Positions 19,630 through 28,634 of a stretch of 64,000 bases of DNA are shown in pieces. The notes beneath the pieces were generated by a model. The model did no database searches and was not told the origin of the DNA. It saw only the letters and a program-made list of their open reading frames with translations. The stretch comes from Bacteroidota bacterium (lineage in GTDB: Bacteria > Bacteroidota > Bacteroidia > Bacteroidales > CAIWKO01), in contig JBAXWF010000013.1 in NCBI GenBank assembly GCA_037128515.1, positions 1,547 through 65,546 on the forward strand, written 5' to 3'. Each line of letters starts with the position of its first letter. Within the stretch, counting starts at the first letter, position 1. The translations under genes and the position numbers were made by a program.

Positions 19630-22287
19630 TTAATTCAGATACTTAAGCATTTTGACTATTTGCTCTCCTCTGCCAATTTTATATCCATAAGACATATCTA
19701 TTATATTACCTACCTTATCAATCAGTAAAAATACTGGGTAATTGCCATTAAGTTTTTGGCCTAACGATTTTTCAACTTTATTTAGCAAATTGTAGTTATC
19801 AATTCCAAAAATACTTTGTGACGGAAGTGCTAAAAAAGTTTTATTTGTGGAGTTTTCAATATTTATTTCAGACGGAACTAAAAATACAATACCTCCATTC
19901 CATTTTTCGAATTGCTCTTTCAATTGCTGGAAATCAACAATAGAATGTTTTGTTGGTTCACGGTCGGGATCAATCCAGGCAAGTACCATTCCTTTATTGT
20001 GACTGAAAGAGTTCAGATTCATTTTGTCCTTTGTAGTTAAATTTGTAAAGGTCTCTGTCAAATCAATTTTCCCAATTGATTCAGGAACTTGCTCTTTTGT
20101 GTTAAACTCCAGTATAATTTTTTGTTCTTGCAGGGAACCAAGTTTAAAAAAAAATAAGTGAGTATTCACCGAACCGTCATTCCCCCTTATTCCAGTCACA
20201 ATCATATAGCTTCCAGTATCAATAGTGAGTTTTGCAGGGAAATAATTAAAAATATTACTTTCTTCATAATCTAAGGAACGGTAGACGCCATCAGAAAATT
20301 TAGCAATGGTGAAATGGGTGTAATATGTGGGTATAAAATCCAACTTTTCAGGAATTTGAATAATCAAAGTTCCTTTTGGAGTATTTACTATTTCGTGTTG
20401 ATCAAAATACACTTCATGCCACTTGCTATCCTTAAAATATTCCGGAACTTTTGTTGCCGGATCAATTTGTGCAGGCACACCAAAACTTCGGCATAATGCT
20501 ACAAAATAAATATCACGTGAAATAATATCGGCATATTTTAAATTGTATGTACCTATTGGTGTTAGCGGATTTCGTGAATAATTTCCATCCGGTGAAATTT
20601 TGATATTATCGTTAATATATTTTATCAGCATAGACGGGTCTTTTTGAACTCCTGCAATAAAATTATTATCAAATTTCTGCAACAAAAGACCTTTATATCC
20701 GCTCAATATTTCTCCCGAAATGCGAGGATTCAAAACAAATTTGTAAAAAAATTCGATTGGAATTTTATCTGTGTCAACAAAAGCAGTATTTGAATTTTGC
20801 AAATGGTCGAGTAAAATGTTTGATGGTGTGTCGCGCAGATCCTTTTGAGAGATGTTATCCAATATATTGTACATAAAGGTTTTGTTCAACTCAGCACCCG
20901 TGATAATAAAACGCGATATTTCGGGCCAGTTACCCCTACTCTGCTTTAAATACATCCATACAGTATCAGAATTCAGGTTGACCTTTTTTGCAATCAAACA
21001 ACTGTTAACCGAATCAATAAAGGTTGCTTCGTAATCTGCACGAATTTTATCTTCATTTTTTAACTTTATATCGTTTTGGGCTTTCCCATTTTCATCGGCA
21101 ACTTTTGGCTGGCGCTGCACAGGTGGAACAAATATCAGATTTTTTGAACGCTGGTCATCCGGAATTTGATCCACAACAATAACTGCCGTATCGGTATTTT
21201 CGATAGTAACTTTTTGAAATCCAAATTTGTTTCCTGAATATACCCAAATCATTAAATCTCCAAGTCCAGTGATTAATGAGGTCAAACCAGTATCATCTGT
21301 CCTCTTTTTTGCGAGGGGATAAAATTCGGCGTAATTATACAATTGGAATTCTACTGTTGCATTGGTGAGCGGTTTTTTGTTTTTATCGATGGCTTTTACA
21401 AACAATTTTTTTGATGGGGCATAATTTTCAATCAAATTTATTTGTGTAAAATTATCAGATGATTTTAGTTGTTCTTCCGGACCTTTATAATTACCGTAGA
21501 CTGTAGTGTTGCATAGCATTGCTCTAAGCACGGGAGCCGAAAACCATGCAATATCCAAATCTGATTCGGGTTCGCAGGCTCCCAAAAAATGCCATTTACC
21601 ATCAACCCAAACCTCAACCCAAGCATGATTGTCATCGCAGTGTGCCCAACGGGGAGTGTAAACCTGACGTGCAGGAATTCCGACAGCCCTAAGTGCTGTT
21701 ACGGTAAAAGTTGATTCTTCGCCACAACGTCCGTATGCAGTTCTGACTGTACTTAAAGGTGCGCTGGTACGGCCATCGGTTCCTTTATAGGTTACTTTTT
21801 CGTGACACCAATGATTGACTTCTAATGCCGCATCATGCATCGATAGATCTTTTATTCGGTCTTTAAGTTCATTAAAAAACACAACTCGTGATGAGTCCAG
21901 ATTTTCATTATTTATTCTGTAAGGCAAAACAAAATGTCGAAATATTTCTTCTGGTATGGTTTTGCCCCAGCTGAAAGTTGTACGCGTTAGTATGGCTATG
22001 CGAATTTGTTTCAGAAAAAAGTTGCCATCATAATCTGCCAAATCGCTCAGCGGCATATATGCGTATAAAAATTTCAACGCTTCCTCTTCTTCAAGGCTCA
22101 ACTTCGTTGTAAAAACGCTGAAAAGTTGCTCTGACCTTCCGCTTGCAACAGGTTTAAGTGCTTCAAAAGCTTTATTAACCTGCTCGCGATAGGCTGCATC
22201 TGTTATGAAATGGGTGGTTCGGTTTTGTGCATTTATTTGCTGAATATTCAGTAGCACAAAAAGAGTAAACAATAATTTTTTTATCAT
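19630..22287 (-). CDS. Transglutaminase-like (cysteine protease/PNGase-fold) domain protein with a C-terminal thioredoxin-like domain
   Basis: Signal peptide; core 'YGRCGEESTFTVTALRAVGIPARQVYTPRWAHCDDNHAWVEVWVDGKWHF' (Cys...His arrangement of the transglutaminase-like superfamily). Confidence 0.75.
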   Translation of the reverse strand: MIKKLLFTLFVLLNIQQINAQNRTTHFITDAAYREQVNKAFEALKPVASGRSEQLFSVFTTKLSLEEEEALKFLYAYMPLSDLADYDGNFFLKQIRIAILTRTTFSWGKTIPEEIFRHFVLPYRINNENLDSSRVVFFNELKDRIKDLSMHDAALEVNHWCHEKVTYKGTDGRTSAPLSTVRTAYGRCGEESTFTVTALRAVGIPARQVYTPRWAHCDDNHAWVEVWVDGKWHFLGACEPESDLDIAWFSAPVLRAMLCNTTVYGNYKGPEEQLKSSDNFTQINLIENYAPSKKLFVKAIDKNKKPLTNATVEFQLYNYAEFYPLAKKRTDDTGLTSLITGLGDLMIWVYSGNKFGFQKVTIENTDTAVIVVDQIPDDQRSKNLIFVPPVQRQPKVADENGKAQNDIKLKNEDKIRADYEATFIDSVNSCLIAKKVNLNSDTVWMYLKQSRGNWPEISRFIITGAELNKTFMYNILDNISQKDLRDTPSNILLDHLQNSNTAFVDTDKIPIEFFYKFVLNPRISGEILSGYKGLLLQKFDNNFIAGVQKDPSMLIKYINDNIKISPDGNYSRNPLTPIGTYNLKYADIISRDIYFVALCRSFGVPAQIDPATKVPEYFKDSKWHEVYFDQHEIVNTPKGTLIIQIPEKLDFIPTYYTHFTIAKFSDGVYRSLDYEESNIFNYFPAKLTIDTGSYMIVTGIRGNDGSVNTHLFFFKLGSLQEQKIILEFNTKEQVPESIGKIDLTETFTNLTTKDKMNLNSFSHNKGMVLAWIDPDREPTKHSIVDFQQLKEQFEKWNGGIVFLVPSEINIENSTNKTFLALPSQSIFGIDNYNLLNKVEKSLGQKLNGNYPVFLLIDKVGNIIDMSYGYKIGRGEQIVKMLKYLN

Positions 22288-23021
22288 ACCGGTTTTGAAT
22301 AATTTTTAATATTAGTGACTATTTTATTGATCAATTTTTCATTTGAAACTGATGTTTGGCTTATTTTATCCAATTCTGAATGCCAATTCATATCACTTTT
22401 TTGTTTCACCGAACAAGACGCGTGAACTTCAGTCACACCAGTGCATTTAATAATTTTATTGACATTTTCCGGCCCAATACCTGCACCAGCAAGAATAATT
22501 ATACGACCGGCTGCTTTATTAACAAGGTTCTTTAAAATTGCTTTACCTAATAAAGCCGATTTTGCTTGTCCTGAGGTAAGTATGCGGTCGGCACCTGTTT
22601 TTATAATTTCCTCGAGTGCCAACATAGGACTGCGAGCGCGGTCAAAAGCACGATGAAATGTAACCTGCATCGGACGTGCTATTTTTACCAGTTCGGTGGT
22701 TCGAGCCATATCAATTTTTCCATCGGACGTTAATAATCCAAAAACTACACCGACTGCACCCAACTTTTTTGTCATTTTTATATCGGTTTTCATTACAGCA
22801 AAATCATAATCATCGTATAAAAAATCACCACCTCGGGGACGTATTAGTACAAAAACAGGTATGTTCAATCGTTCCACTGCCAACTCAATGGTAGCTGCCG
22901 ATGGCGTTATTCCTCCTACGCTGAGTTGTGCACACAATTCCACACGGTCGGCACCGCCGTTTTGAGCTGCAATAGCCGACTGAAGCGAGTTGGCACAAAC
23001 TTCGAACAAAATATTATTCAT
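22284..23021 (-). CDS. cutC: Copper homeostasis protein CutC family
   Basis: 'FEVCANSLQSAIAAQNGGADRVELC', 'VTFHRAFD'; 245 aa. Confidence 0.88.
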   Translation of the reverse strand: MNNILFEVCANSLQSAIAAQNGGADRVELCAQLSVGGITPSAATIELAVERLNIPVFVLIRPRGGDFLYDDYDFAVMKTDIKMTKKLGAVGVVFGLLTSDGKIDMARTTELVKIARPMQVTFHRAFDRARSPMLALEEIIKTGADRILTSGQAKSALLGKAILKNLVNKAAGRIIILAGAGIGPENVNKIIKCTGVTEVHASCSVKQKSDMNWHSELDKISQTSVSNEKLINKIVTNIKNYSKPV

Positions 23022-23473
23022 AAAGTACTATTCGTTTTTTGGTAAATAAACCAATTGTAATAAAATCGAACCGACGAAACCAGCAATGGTATCGCCATGC
23101 AAACATAAAAAGAATACAGTATCTGATGATCAACAACATTAAATATACGAAGCAAAACACCTCCACTAATCATTATACTCATCAATAGGTAGCTTTTGAT
23201 ATTAAAAAATGAGAACATACAAGGCTTTTCGGACTTTAAACCGATAATTCTATTGACATGTTTTCGCGATATTCGTGAAAACAACAATATATAAAACAAC
23301 ACACCTCCTGCCAAACTGTACAGCAAATCGGGGATAAAGGATGCATGGGCAACTATCAAACCCGATAGTCCGCGCCACAAGAGCATGCCCCCGGCAAATG
23401 TCCAAAAAACACCTGCAATAGCAAGCAGCCATCGTTTTGGAACACCAGGTTTTATCTTCTCAAAAAATGTCAT
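23018..23473 (-). CDS. Small integral membrane protein, unknown function
   Basis: About four hydrophobic helices. It has 4-bp overlaps with both neighbours, which suggests a real, co-translated gene. Confidence 0.5.
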   Translation of the reverse strand: MTFFEKIKPGVPKRWLLAIAGVFWTFAGGMLLWRGLSGLIVAHASFIPDLLYSLAGGVLFYILLFSRISRKHVNRIIGLKSEKPCMFSFFNIKSYLLMSIMISGGVLLRIFNVVDHQILYSFYVCMAIPLLVSSVRFYYNWFIYQKTNSTL

Positions 23474-24876
23474 TTGTTTTTAGCTTGATTTTTTTTGATT
23501 CTGTCCATAATTTCGGCAAAGCGTTTGTCTTGATTATATTTTAAAAAAATGGTGTCGTTATCGATTCGCCCTTTATCATTAAACCCAAGTTCGGCAGCTT
23601 TAGCAAGATGCAACATAGTTTTATCGGCATCCTTCTTTCGGGCATTAACCTCGGCAAACATAAATTCCGGTTCCGAATTATCCGTATCAATGATTGTGTA
23701 AAGCTCAATATAATGCTCGGCTTCGGTTAAATTGCCCTGATTATATAACGAAGTACAGGTTGAAAAAGCAGCCAGACTCAAATACTCCATTACACGTTTC
23801 ACCAAATGCTTTTCTGTTTCATCATTTGATGTTTTTAAAAATGTTGTCAAGCGATTTATTTCTGATTTCCACCAGGTAGCATTTTCGCTTGATAGTTTTT
23901 GAGCATACTGTTGTTGCAACATCACCTCTTTTTTCTCAAGTTGTTCGGCCTGTTGCAGCCCATTTTTAACGGCTGAATTTTGTTGAAGTAATGCCAACTC
24001 GCTTTCATATTTCTTAGTATCAGCAACATCTTTGAAATAATTTACAATCTTTTTGGTCAGCAAATATTCATTGTATTTATTTCCTTTTTTCTGAAATTCT
24101 GCTAGCTGCTTATCAAAATCAGCAAGTTGTTTCTTTACAAATTCCTTATCAATCGGTTTTTTTTTATCTTTCATTGCATTTAGTTCTGTCCAAACAATGC
24201 ACTCAAAAATATAATCTTTAGGTGGCCATTCGTGGGTTCCGTTAAAAACAACCAACTGATGTCGTATGCCACTTTTTTCTAAAGCCATATCCAGATGCAC
24301 CATTTCGGCATAATTCATATCCTCGTTGCCAGCATAGCCAAAAAAATCGAACTTATTCTTAATCGCTTCTTTCATTGGTGGCAAACCAGCCGAACAACCA
24401 ATAACACCCGATATGCCGCCTTTGGTAATCGCCAATGTACTTGCTACGCGGCTACCACCCGAAAAACCACAGGTATAAATCCGGCTTTTATCGATACCGA
24501 AACGTTCACAAACATCGAACAACAAAGCATCATAGTGCGATGAGTTTTGGTCCCACGACATACCGTTTTTCGAAACATTCGAACCTACCAAAATGTACCC
24601 ATATTTTTCGGCCTGTTCTTTAAACAATTCAACAGGTTTAACACCGCTGCCATGTGCATCGAAAGCAATAATTAGCGGAAACATTTTTCCTTCCGTATAA
24701 CCCGATGGCAAGTACAATGCGTATGACTGTGTTAAATCTTTTTTACATGCCACTTTTGCAATCACCTTGCCTTTCTCCAAAGGAACTTCCTCCGAAGTTT
24801 TGCTTGAATTGCGCCCCGAGCACGAAACCAAAACAAAATATAAAACCACACTCAACAAAACCAAAGTATTTTTCAT
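23470..24876 (-). CDS. Secreted alpha/beta-hydrolase (esterase-like) with a C-terminal helical/TPR-like region
   Basis: Signal/lipoprotein sequence from the internal ATG at 24876 ('MKNTLVLLSVVLYFVLVSC'); nucleophile elbow 'GFSGGS'. Confidence 0.6.
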   Translation of the reverse strand: MKNTLVLLSVVLYFVLVSCSGRNSSKTSEEVPLEKGKVIAKVACKKDLTQSYALYLPSGYTEGKMFPLIIAFDAHGSGVKPVELFKEQAEKYGYILVGSNVSKNGMSWDQNSSHYDALLFDVCERFGIDKSRIYTCGFSGGSRVASTLAITKGGISGVIGCSAGLPPMKEAIKNKFDFFGYAGNEDMNYAEMVHLDMALEKSGIRHQLVVFNGTHEWPPKDYIFECIVWTELNAMKDKKKPIDKEFVKKQLADFDKQLAEFQKKGNKYNEYLLTKKIVNYFKDVADTKKYESELALLQQNSAVKNGLQQAEQLEKKEVMLQQQYAQKLSSENATWWKSEINRLTTFLKTSNDETEKHLVKRVMEYLSLAAFSTCTSLYNQGNLTEAEHYIELYTIIDTDNSEPEFMFAEVNARKKDADKTMLHLAKAAELGFNDKGRIDNDTIFLKYNQDKRFAEIMDRIKKNQAKNK

Positions 24877-24966
24877 GTCTGCTATTTTAAAACAAAAATA
24901 AGTGAAATGTATTGACCATAGTGTAAGTTTAATAATTATTTTTGTATAACAGTTCATTTTACCATC

Positions 24967-25710
24967 ATGCGAAAAAACATTGCCAACTATATTACTTGTT
25001 TAAATTTGCTTTGCGGATGTGTGGCTATCTACTATTTGTATCGCGGAGATTTTATTACAGGGGTTTTTTTAATATTAGCTGCTGCCGTTTTTGATTTTGC
25101 CGATGGTTTTGTTGCACGCCTGTTGCATGTGAAATCGCCAATAGGTTTGCAGCTCGATTCGTTGGCCGATGTGGTTTCGTTTGGTGTAGCTCCCGGCGTT
25201 GCTATGTTTCAATTGATCACGTTTGGTATGCATGTTTGGAACTTTAATTTGCCAAGCTACACTCCTTTTATCGCATTCATTATTCCGGTTTTTTCGGCTT
25301 GGCGATTGGCAAAATTTAATATTGATGAACGACAAACCGATCATTTTATCGGCTTACCAACTCCAGCCAATGCTTTAGTTATTATGTCGTTTTTACCTTT
25401 GGTTGCCCGCAAGTTCCAATCGCCTTTGTTTCCATTTAACGATTATGTTTTTTATTTTATCACGAACCCATTGGTGCTAATTGCTGCTGCTATTACCTTA
25501 TCGTATCTGTTGGTTTCGAACCTACCACTGTTTGCCATGAAATTTAAAACCTTTGGCTGGCGCACAAACAAAATCCGCTATAGCTTTATTATTGCTTCGG
25601 TGGTATTAATTTCATTATTTTACTTTGTTGCTATCCATTTTGTTATAATTTTGTACATCCTTCTTTCGTTAATCGATTATTTATATATAAGCAAACACCA
25701 AAAAACATGA
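24967..25710 (+). CDS. pssA: CDP-alcohol phosphatidyltransferase, phosphatidylserine synthase-like
   Basis: 'DFADGFVAR...G..LDSLADVVSFGVAP' CDP-alcohol transferase motif; polytopic membrane protein of about 247 aa. Confidence 0.7.
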   Translation: MRKNIANYITCLNLLCGCVAIYYLYRGDFITGVFLILAAAVFDFADGFVARLLHVKSPIGLQLDSLADVVSFGVAPGVAMFQLITFGMHVWNFNLPSYTPFIAFIIPVFSAWRLAKFNIDERQTDHFIGLPTPANALVIMSFLPLVARKFQSPLFPFNDYVFYFITNPLVLIAAAITLSYLLVSNLPLFAMKFKTFGWRTNKIRYSFIIASVVLISLFYFVAIHFVIILYILLSLIDYLYISKHQKT

Positions 25711-25958
25711 AATTTAGAGCCGAAATTGATATTATGCCGCTTAAAGAGCTGCTCGATCCGCAAGGAAAAGCCGTTACATCGAGTTTGAAAAACATCGGAA
25801 TACCCGAAATTGTTGACGTTCGTATTGGGAAACATATAACTGTTGACATTGATGCTGCCAACGAAAAAACTGCTGGCACAAAAATTGATAAAGCATGCAA
25901 AGAACTTTTGGCCAACCCAATTATGGAAAGCTATACGTATAAATTAGTAAAATTGTAA
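25707..25958 (+). CDS. purS: Phosphoribosylformylglycinamidine synthase subunit PurS
   Basis: 83 aa; 'LLDPQGKAVTSSLKNIG', 'ANPIMESY'. Confidence 0.85.
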   Translation: MKFRAEIDIMPLKELLDPQGKAVTSSLKNIGIPEIVDVRIGKHITVDIDAANEKTAGTKIDKACKELLANPIMESYTYKLVKL

Positions 25959-26004
25959 AATCTAACCTTAAATAATAATTAAACTTAACCTAATTCTTTT
26001 AACT

Positions 26005-26352
26005 ATGAAAAATTTATTAAAAATCAGTCTGTTTCTTGTTGCAATTCTTATCGGGGTGAATGCAGCCAACGCACAAAAAGTGTATTCCTGCGATTACAAA
26101 AGCGATGCAAAAGTAAAAGTGTACGTTGCACAATACAAAAGCGATGCCGATTTGGTAGTGTATAAATGCTCCTATGCTAGCGATGCTTCGGGCAACGAAG
26201 GCTTGTGGTATTTTTGCAATTATAAAAGCGATGCCAGTGTAACCATTTATTTTTGCGACTATAAAAGCGATGCCGATTTGGTAATTTATTTTGCCGATTA
26301 CAAAAGTGATGCCGGTTGGAAAAACTCCAGCAAAAAATCCTTGATGTACTAA
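26005..26352 (+). CDS. Small secreted repeat protein (6 x 'Y-K/A-S-D-A' hairpin-like repeats)
   Basis: Signal peptide 'MKNLLKISLFLVAILIGVNAANA'. Repeats are DYKSDAKVKVYVA / QYKSDADLVVYKC / SYASDAS... / NYKSDASVTIYFC / DYKSDADLVIYFA / DYKSDAGW. Confidence 0.6.
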   Translation: MKNLLKISLFLVAILIGVNAANAQKVYSCDYKSDAKVKVYVAQYKSDADLVVYKCSYASDASGNEGLWYFCNYKSDASVTIYFCDYKSDADLVIYFADYKSDAGWKNSSKKSLMY

Positions 26353-26365
26353 CCAACTCAAAAAA

Positions 26366-26400
26366 ACAAAAAAAAGCGGCTTTAGGCCGCTTTTTTTTTA
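26366..26400. terminator. Bidirectional rho-independent terminator between convergent genes
   Basis: 'AAAAAAAAGCGGC-TTTAG-GCCGCTTTTTTTTT': a GC stem flanked by an A-run and a T-run. Confidence 0.8.
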
Positions 26401-26428
26401 GTACAAATCCCCAAAGGTCTAAAAAGTG

Positions 26429-28024
26429 CTATTGCTTCACCACTTTCTTTATTACATTGCCTTTTTGGCTGGCTATTTCAATATAATAAACTCCGGCAGA
26501 CAATCCTGCCGTGCTAATTTTTTGAGTGAACTGCTGCTTGGGTTGCATAGCCATAATAACAGAACCATAAATATCGTAAAGCGTGATTTTATCCGTGGTT
26601 TCAAAGTTAACAGTTGTTTCTATCCATAGCTCATCAATAAACGGATTCGGGTAAACCGAAATGGAGTTGGCAGTCATTTCTTCTATAGAAGTGCTTCCTG
26701 CCAAATAAAACACCCATCCGTCGGCACTCCCACGATTAAGGGTAATATCATAATCGGCCGAATAGGTGAACCCGGTTACAATATAATGATTAGCGTTGGC
26801 TTCAATCACATTAAAACTCTCGTCTTGACCACTGCCCCCGCAACAACGCTGCCACAGCGGTGTGCCGGCTGCATCCACTTTGGCAACCCACACATCGGGC
26901 TCAAAAAAACCACCGCTATGAAATCCCGATACATCACCATTAGTCGAATTGGTGAGGCCACACATTACAAAACCACCGTCTTGGGTTTTTACCAAACCGT
27001 TGGCTTGGTCATCGCCATCGCCACCAAAGCATTTGGCCCAAGTAATGGCGCCCAACGATGTGAGTTTCAAAAGCCAAAAGTCGTCGCTGCCCTGCGCTCC
27101 ATGATGCCCGCTCACATCGCCATTGTTGTGCGTACTCGTATAGCCCAGCACCACGTAGCTACCATCCGCAAGTTGAACAATATCGTTGCATTCTTCGGTT
27201 TCCGTGCCTCCATAGCATTTCGACCAATCAATCGTAAAGCCCGAATTGAGTTTAGCAATAAGCATATCCGACCCACCATGATATCCAATCGCATCACCAT
27301 CGCTCGAGCTCGTACGTCCGGCCAAAATGCAACCGTTGTCCGATGTTAGGCGCATCCGATAACATTCCTCGCTACTAGTTCCGCCCACGCATTTTTGATT
27401 CAGAAGCGTGCCGCTGCTATTGATTTTTATAACCCAGAAATCGGAAATATTGTTGGTGTGATTGCCACTTACGTCACCATCGTTCGAATAGGTGGTTCCG
27501 GACACATAGAAATCGCCGCTTTGGTTTTGCACAATACAACTTGCCTCGTCGGCACTGCTGCCTCCATAGCATTTATTCCAAAGCAAAGTACCCAACGAAT
27601 TAACTTTTAGCACCCACATATCTTCCGTACCGACCGTTCCGTGATGCCCCGTCACATCGCCATCTGTAGAATTAGCATAACCAACCACCATAAAACCAAA
27701 GTCCAAGGTTTGCAAAATATCAAATCCTTCCTCATCACCCGTGCCACCATACAAATGCGACCATTGTATTATGCCTACTGAATTGGTTTTTGCTACCCAC
27801 AGGTCGGTTCCACCGTGGTTTTCTGATAGTACATCGCCATCGTTTGAATCGGAGAAACCCACAAAAGCATAACCCCCGTCCAAAGTTGAAATTGTCTTCC
27901 AACAATATTCGTGAGCGCTGCCACCATAAGTTTTTTGCCAATTGATGGTTTGTGTCATGGCAGTGTGCACACTCCATGCGAAAACAAGAAACGTAAAAAT
28001 TCTTTTCATAAAATTTTTCTTCAA
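26429..28024 (-). CDS. T9SS-secreted protein: seven ~50-aa propeller-like repeats plus a type-A C-terminal sorting domain
   Basis: Signal peptide. Seven repeats begin W/N-x-K/H/R-x-(Y/V/F/C)-GG ('WQKTYGGS','WSHLYGGT','WNKCYGGS','NQKCVGGT','WSKCYGGT','WAKCFGGD','WQRCCGGS'), each with 'DGDV.G.HG'. CTD is 'ISVYPNPF...GVYYIEI...'. Confidence 0.8.
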   Translation of the reverse strand: MKKNFMKRIFTFLVFAWSVHTAMTQTINWQKTYGGSAHEYCWKTISTLDGGYAFVGFSDSNDGDVLSENHGGTDLWVAKTNSVGIIQWSHLYGGTGDEEGFDILQTLDFGFMVVGYANSTDGDVTGHHGTVGTEDMWVLKVNSLGTLLWNKCYGGSSADEASCIVQNQSGDFYVSGTTYSNDGDVSGNHTNNISDFWVIKINSSGTLLNQKCVGGTSSEECYRMRLTSDNGCILAGRTSSSDGDAIGYHGGSDMLIAKLNSGFTIDWSKCYGGTETEECNDIVQLADGSYVVLGYTSTHNNGDVSGHHGAQGSDDFWLLKLTSLGAITWAKCFGGDGDDQANGLVKTQDGGFVMCGLTNSTNGDVSGFHSGGFFEPDVWVAKVDAAGTPLWQRCCGGSGQDESFNVIEANANHYIVTGFTYSADYDITLNRGSADGWVFYLAGSTSIEEMTANSISVYPNPFIDELWIETTVNFETTDKITLYDIYGSVIMAMQPKQQFTQKISTAGLSAGVYYIEIASQKGNVIKKVVKQ

Positions 28025-28138
28025 AAATAAATAAAATTTAAAACAAAGTGCGCAGTGTACTGAAGTTTTTGGTTGTATTGTGGGTTGCAGGGGGGGATGG
28101 TTTCCATGTAAAATAATAATTAATTGCAGCGGGGTTTA

Positions 28139-28245
28139 ATATTGGTAGCAAAACAAAACAACAACCATGTCCCGCTCCCATAGGAGCGGGATATTCCTCA
28201 CCTTATTATTTCTACCAACATCCAAGCCCTCTGGAATTGCTCTCA
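28139..28245. repeat. REP-like element, copy A (inverted counterpart at 45671-45777)
   Basis: My hand alignment to the reverse complement of 45671-45777 gives 99/107 identical positions. Contains the hairpin TCCCGCTCC-CATA-GGAGCGGGA and a 'TTCTACCAACAT' + AAGCCC-TCT-GGAATT unit. Confidence 0.8.
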
Positions 28246-28280
28246 ATATAAATTACTAACCCCATGCCGATAGACATCAA

Positions 28281-28332
28281 CTTATTATTTCTACCAACAT
28301 CGAATCCCGCTGGGATTGCTCTAAATATAAAT
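28281..28332. repeat. Second tandem copy (79-bp offset) of the 'CTTATTATTTCTACCAACATC-hairpin-TTGCTCT.AATATAAAT' subunit
   Basis: 28202-28253 and 28281-28332 align with a few substitutions. The hairpin here is GAATCCC-GCT-GGGATTG. Confidence 0.75.
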
Positions 28333-28354
28333 CAACAACATTCATTGAATATTT

Positions 28355-28585
28355 TGCATTTTGCGTACGGAAGGTTACACTTTGCGTATGAGAGGTTACT
28401 CTTTGCGGATGAATATTTACACTTTGCGGATGGGTGTTGACACTTTACGGATGGAATGTTACACTTCGCGGACGGGTGATTACTCTTTGCGGATGACTGG
28501 TGACACTTTGCGGATGGGTTTTGACGTTTTGCGTACAGAAGATGCCACTTTGCGGATGGGAGATTACACTTTGAGTATGACAGAT
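28355..28585. repeat. Tandem array: 11 perfectly phased 21-bp repeats, consensus TACACTTTGCGGATGGGnGnT
   Basis: The TTGCG core (or a 1-nt variant) starts at 28361, 28382, 28403, 28424, 28445, 28466, 28487, 28508, 28529, 28550 and 28571. Spacing is exactly 21 nt with no indels. Confidence 0.9.
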
Positions 28586-28589
28586 TGCT

Positions 28590-28634
28590 TTTTTTACCAA
28601 AAGAAAATAGCCCGAAATTTTAGTTTCGGGCTAT
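28590..28634 (-). terminator. Rho-independent terminator of the minus-strand gene 28658-29407
   Basis: Stem ATAGCCCGAAA / TTTCGGGCTAT (28607-28617 / 28624-28634), followed on the minus strand by TTTCTTTTGG. Confidence 0.7.

Noticed and set aside
26017-27610. Mirror ORF 26017-26361 (-) over the YKSDA gene and plus-strand ORFs 26786-27349 and 27395-27610 over the T9SS cargo gene
   Set aside because: They are antisense to genes that have signal peptides, regular repeats and a sorting domain. Repeat symmetry and GC content explain the open frames.
28355-28585. Possible CRISPR array
   Set aside because: The units are only 21 bp, with 4-8 variable positions. There are no 25-40-bp unique spacers, no cas genes and no leader.
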